A stretch of 63,887 nt of DNA, the filler included, from Stramenopiles sp. TOSAG23-3 (Eukaryota): the NCBI GenBank assembly GCA_900128585.1. It is 11 parts of 11 records of this genome, joined end to end, with 100 filler letters (N's around TTAATTAATTAA, not from the genome) between each part and the next. Parts side by side here need not be neighbours in the genome. Positions count along the whole stretch, not along the records: positions 62,353 to 63,887 come from LT645719.1; 10 more parts are not named here. The stretch is one strand, 5' to 3'. The position numbers were made by a program, and so were the translations under genes. Below the pieces are notes generated by a model. That model saw nothing but the letters and a program-made list of their open reading frames with translations. It had not been told where the DNA came from and searched no databases. Numbering within the stretch: position 1 is the stretch's first letter; each line of letters starts with the position of its first letter. This document shows, piece after piece, positions 62,366-63,887 of the stretch.

Positions 62366-63887
62366 TCAACATCGACCACCATTATTGCTAGACATCAATA
62401 GCTTTCTGCTCCTGTGCCGTTGTTCTCGTACAGTATACGACATGAACTTCCCGTCGCCCGTGAAAAGTACCTGAAATAGCTTGCTTTCAAAAATGATGCT
62501 TTCCGTGCCCAAGCCGGTTGCTGTGATACACTTGCACAGCTCTTTCGCCTCTGTGCACTCGAAGTGGAACGTCCCGTCTCTGTCTGAGAATTTCGCAAAT
62601 AAATCTTTGGCAGCCTCACCTTGGCAAGTGCCTTTCACGGTTTCTCGAAAGGAGGACCATGCAGAGTTTGAAAATTTAAAATCAGGCTCAACGGCTCCAT
62701 GTCCGTTTACATCTTCCCCAATTCGCACAGAATTCTTCTTGTTCGGGCTTGTAAACCGCGTGCCTTCCAAGATCAAGTCCGACAGCTCAAATTTGAAGGC
62801 ATTGCCAATCAACGACATGCGAAACGCAAGCGCCATATCTTTTCTGTGGTGGTGAAAATTTTGCTCCAAAGTGCACTTTCTGCTAAAGCAAACTCCAAAT
62901 GCTTTCGTGTCAGGGCAACAATCGTTCTTGTCTGCGTATATCTGTAGTTGGACGTTCGTCTGTGGCAAGTAATCTCGCGCTTCGCATCTCTCGTTCACTT
63001 CGTGCTGCAGGTACCCTGAGGTCTTAGAGAATTGGATAACTAAATACCACCCCCCCTTCAGTTGCTGCAGCGAAACGCCGCTTTCATCGAAAAGCTTTGA
63101 CCCCAGGCACTCGTCGGTGACGTGAAATTTGGCATTCATTGCCAGCGCGCGTTTGAATTCGCTACTTTTCCCCAAATCTGAGTCTACATATATCATGGCA
63201 ACATTTATCGCAGTTTCATGGGCCATATCCAGGTTGTACTCGTTGCAAAATTCCGCCTTCATCTTCTCTAGCGTCTGTTTTGAGTCAAACACGGCCTGCC
63301 GGTCAATGTGGGGGCACTCGGAAGCCATTTTTTGCTTCGTTTTGGCAAACGCCGCCGCTTGAGCAGTCAAAGCAAACTCTGTTTTCCCCTGGACATTTTT
63401 CAGCAAGTCGCTCTGTTCATCCAGCTTGCGTTCAAGGTTACTAACCTTTGTGTTCAGCGCGCCAGATTTTTTCTGTTTTGAGGCCATCATTGAGACCATT
63501 GGGTTCACCGCGTCCATGCGGCCACTAACGGCCCGGTTTTTAAGACCTAACAACCGACGCCGTGAGTTTTCCAACCCTTTCGTATCCTGTGTGTGAAACA
63601 AGTGCAGGAAACCATCGGCGAAGGATTGAAACATGTGGTGGTACGCGTGAAGCATCTGGCATAACTGCACTTCTGGGTTTAAGGGGGAGAAAAAGACCCG
63701 CGGGCCGCATAAGTTTACCTTTTCAAACATGACATCAAGCTTTTTGCGCAAGGTGTCGATGCGGGCGCCTCTTCGTTTCGCTTGGTCAAGTGCGGCCAGC
63801 ATGCCTTTATGAAAGTGCCCACCTTTACTCATGACTTGGTACATTTCCGACCACAGGTCGTTTTCGCTTCCTTCACCTCCTTGCGCC
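62366..63887 (-). CDS. Hypothetical protein with a coiled-coil segment, 5'-partial
   Basis: The frame is open from the window end to the stop at 62366; no family recognised. Confidence 0.7.
   Translation of the reverse strand, partial: AQGGEGSENDLWSEMYQVMSKGGHFHKGMLAALDQAKRRGARIDTLRKKLDVMFEKVNLCGPRVFFSPLNPEVQLCQMLHAYHHMFQSFADGFLHLFHTQDTKGLENSRRRLLGLKNRAVSGRMDAVNPMVSMMASKQKKSGALNTKVSNLERKLDEQSDLLKNVQGKTEFALTAQAAAFAKTKQKMASECPHIDRQAVFDSKQTLEKMKAEFCNEYNLDMAHETAINVAMIYVDSDLGKSSEFKRALAMNAKFHVTDECLGSKLFDESGVSLQQLKGGWYLVIQFSKTSGYLQHEVNERCEARDYLPQTNVQLQIYADKNDCCPDTKAFGVCFSRKCTLEQNFHHHRKDMALAFRMSLIGNAFKFELSDLILEGTRFTSPNKKNSVRIGEDVNGHGAVEPDFKFSNSAWSSFRETVKGTCQGEAAKDLFAKFSDRDGTFHFECTEAKELCKCITATGLGTESIIFESKLFQVLFTGDGKFMSYTVREQRHRSRKLLMSSNNGGRC

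Overview
Eukaryotic nuclear DNA from a compact, almost intron-free genome. It is probably a flagellated protist (IFT27, SFI1-like and ARM-repeat genes), and an HRDxSLEN-type kinase tentatively suggests a stramenopile. The window is not one locus. Eleven contigs of descending size (six of ~9.2 kb, five of ~1.5 kb) are joined by artificial N44-TTAATTAATTAA-N44 linkers, so adjacency across linkers is meaningless. Recognisable genes include RAD5, a CAMK-like kinase, an ABHD17-like hydrolase, a spliced zinc-ribbon/ankyrin gene, a DUF218 protein, gamma-glutamyl phosphate reductase, PreP, FPP synthase, IFT27, an arylsulfatase, pirin and XPB. The main unexplained signal is a set of very short, 3'-anchored, 5'-truncated retroposed fragments: family A ending CTTAAATAACAGCCAATTTTCTTGTTTT and family B ending CTTAAAACATACTATATAATTTGTTTT. 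Several copies are only 24-35 bp long, are flanked by 10-12 bp target-site duplications and lack a poly(A) tail. They occur in all 7 convergent (tail-to-tail) intergenic regions and none of the 6 divergent ones. One contig (37238-46428) holds longer copies plus decayed RT-like and endonuclease-like remnants of the probable non-LTR parent. Smaller signals are a 79-bp inverted contig-end duplication (likely MDA chimera), probable TA-target transposon footprints, a D-armless tRNA-like fold, a hairpin-rich region and a phosphatase pseudogene.
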